A stretch of DNA of 64,000 bases, from the sequence record NC_042013.1. One strand, written 5' to 3'. A model generated the notes under the pieces. The model saw nothing but the letters and a program-made list of their open reading frames with translations. It was not told where the DNA came from and did not search any database. Numbering within the stretch: the stretch's first letter is position 1; every line of letters starts with the position of its first letter. This document shows positions 63,268-64,000 of the stretch, piece by piece. A program made the position numbers and the translations under genes.

Positions 63268-63567
63268 ATGAAGGCTGGCCCGATTACTGACGATATAAAA
63301 TTGATGATTATTATGATAATCGATTCCGAAGATAAGTCGTTTTATATGGATAATAGTAACGACCTGTTTTATATCGAAAATGACAATCCGAAGTGTGTCA
63401 AAAAACACCTCAAACCTCTTTTGGATAATTATGATATTTTTTGGCGTGACAATAACAGGTGGTGGCGTTTAGTACGTAATGAAAGGTATGTAACCCATAT
63501 TGATTCATGTACCGATTACGATATGATAAAATTACATTTAAAGGAATATTATGATCAAACTAACTGA
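63268..63567 (+). CDS. family F small paralogue
   Basis: ITDDIKLMIIM N-terminal motif; AGGAG RBS. Confidence 0.7.
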   Translation: MKAGPITDDIKLMIIMIIDSEDKSFYMDNSNDLFYIENDNPKCVKKHLKPLLDNYDIFWRDNNRWWRLVRNERYVTHIDSCTDYDMIKLHLKEYYDQTN

Positions 63568-63811
63568 AGAGATCATGCTAACAATGATCCTTAAAACCTC
63601 TAATACAGTCGAGATGGAATGGGTTCGTGACGGATTCAATGATGGTCGTTTTTATTTCGAAGAAACACCAGAACCAGTACGACCATCTTTTAAGGGCTAT
63701 TATGATATTGTGTTTGATGATATGAATATCTTTTTTCGAATGACGTCCAACGATAATTTAGCCTATGTATATTTTATCGAGGATAGTTACTTTTTGGAGA
63801 TAGTAAAATGA
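63551..63811 (+). CDS. family F small paralogue
   Basis: LTEEIMLTMILKT. Confidence 0.7.
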   Translation: MIKLTEEIMLTMILKTSNTVEMEWVRDGFNDGRFYFEETPEPVRPSFKGYYDIVFDDMNIFFRMTSNDNLAYVYFIEDSYFLEIVK

Positions 63812-64000
63812 AAAGACTCGAAAAGGTAGAAGACGACGTTTTTCTTTCTATAATTATGTCCACCCATAACGATATTGATAAACAATGGTTGTTCACTAAT
63901 AAAGACTATCTCTATTATCACCTAGAACCAGTTGATTACCCTGAAAACTTTTTTTCAATTTTCCCTGCCGGTGAAATATATTTTATATATGATATCTTGG
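63808..64000 (+). CDS. family F small paralogue (runs off window end)
   Basis: MKRLEKVEDDVFLSIIMST; ATGA overlap with previous gene. Confidence 0.65.
   Translation, partial: MKRLEKVEDDVFLSIIMSTHNDIDKQWLFTNKDYLYYHLEPVDYPENFFSIFPAGEIYFIYDIL

Overview
AT-rich, gene-dense segment of a large (jumbo-type) tailed-phage genome, most likely a myovirus of an Alphaproteobacterium. Host clues are a tRNA-His lacking G-1 with A73, a DUF1127 microprotein and COG3904-like periplasmic proteins. Contents: (1) very large tandem arrays of short, divergent paralogues (about 43 DxxP-motif genes in two clusters, 9 YxEIAPxC genes, about 11 PF..NFEK genes) behind sigma70-like early promoters; (2) 21 uninterrupted tRNA genes plus three tRNA-shaped genes with structured insertions in the anticodon loop; (3) five promoter-linked structured non-tRNA RNA candidates; (4) three free-standing HNH endonucleases, each head-to-head with an unusual RNA unit; (5) late genes preceded by TAAATA (collagen-like fibre, PAAR spike tip, MGRP-type and ELFD-type virion proteins); (6) a nuclease-dead truncated TnpB with a downstream IS605-type hairpin, a ClpB-like ATPase with a dead first AAA module next to a TelA-like protein, an HD alarmone-hydrolase-like protein, an ATP-grasp protein and an ArfA-like peptide. 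The strongest candidate for an undescribed system is the set of anticodon-interrupted tRNAs: a 46-nt mini-tRNA-like insert in a tRNA-Asn body and a 33-nt hairpin insert in a tRNA-Met body, both too short to be group I introns. All structures were folded and all homologies judged by eye; no database search was run.
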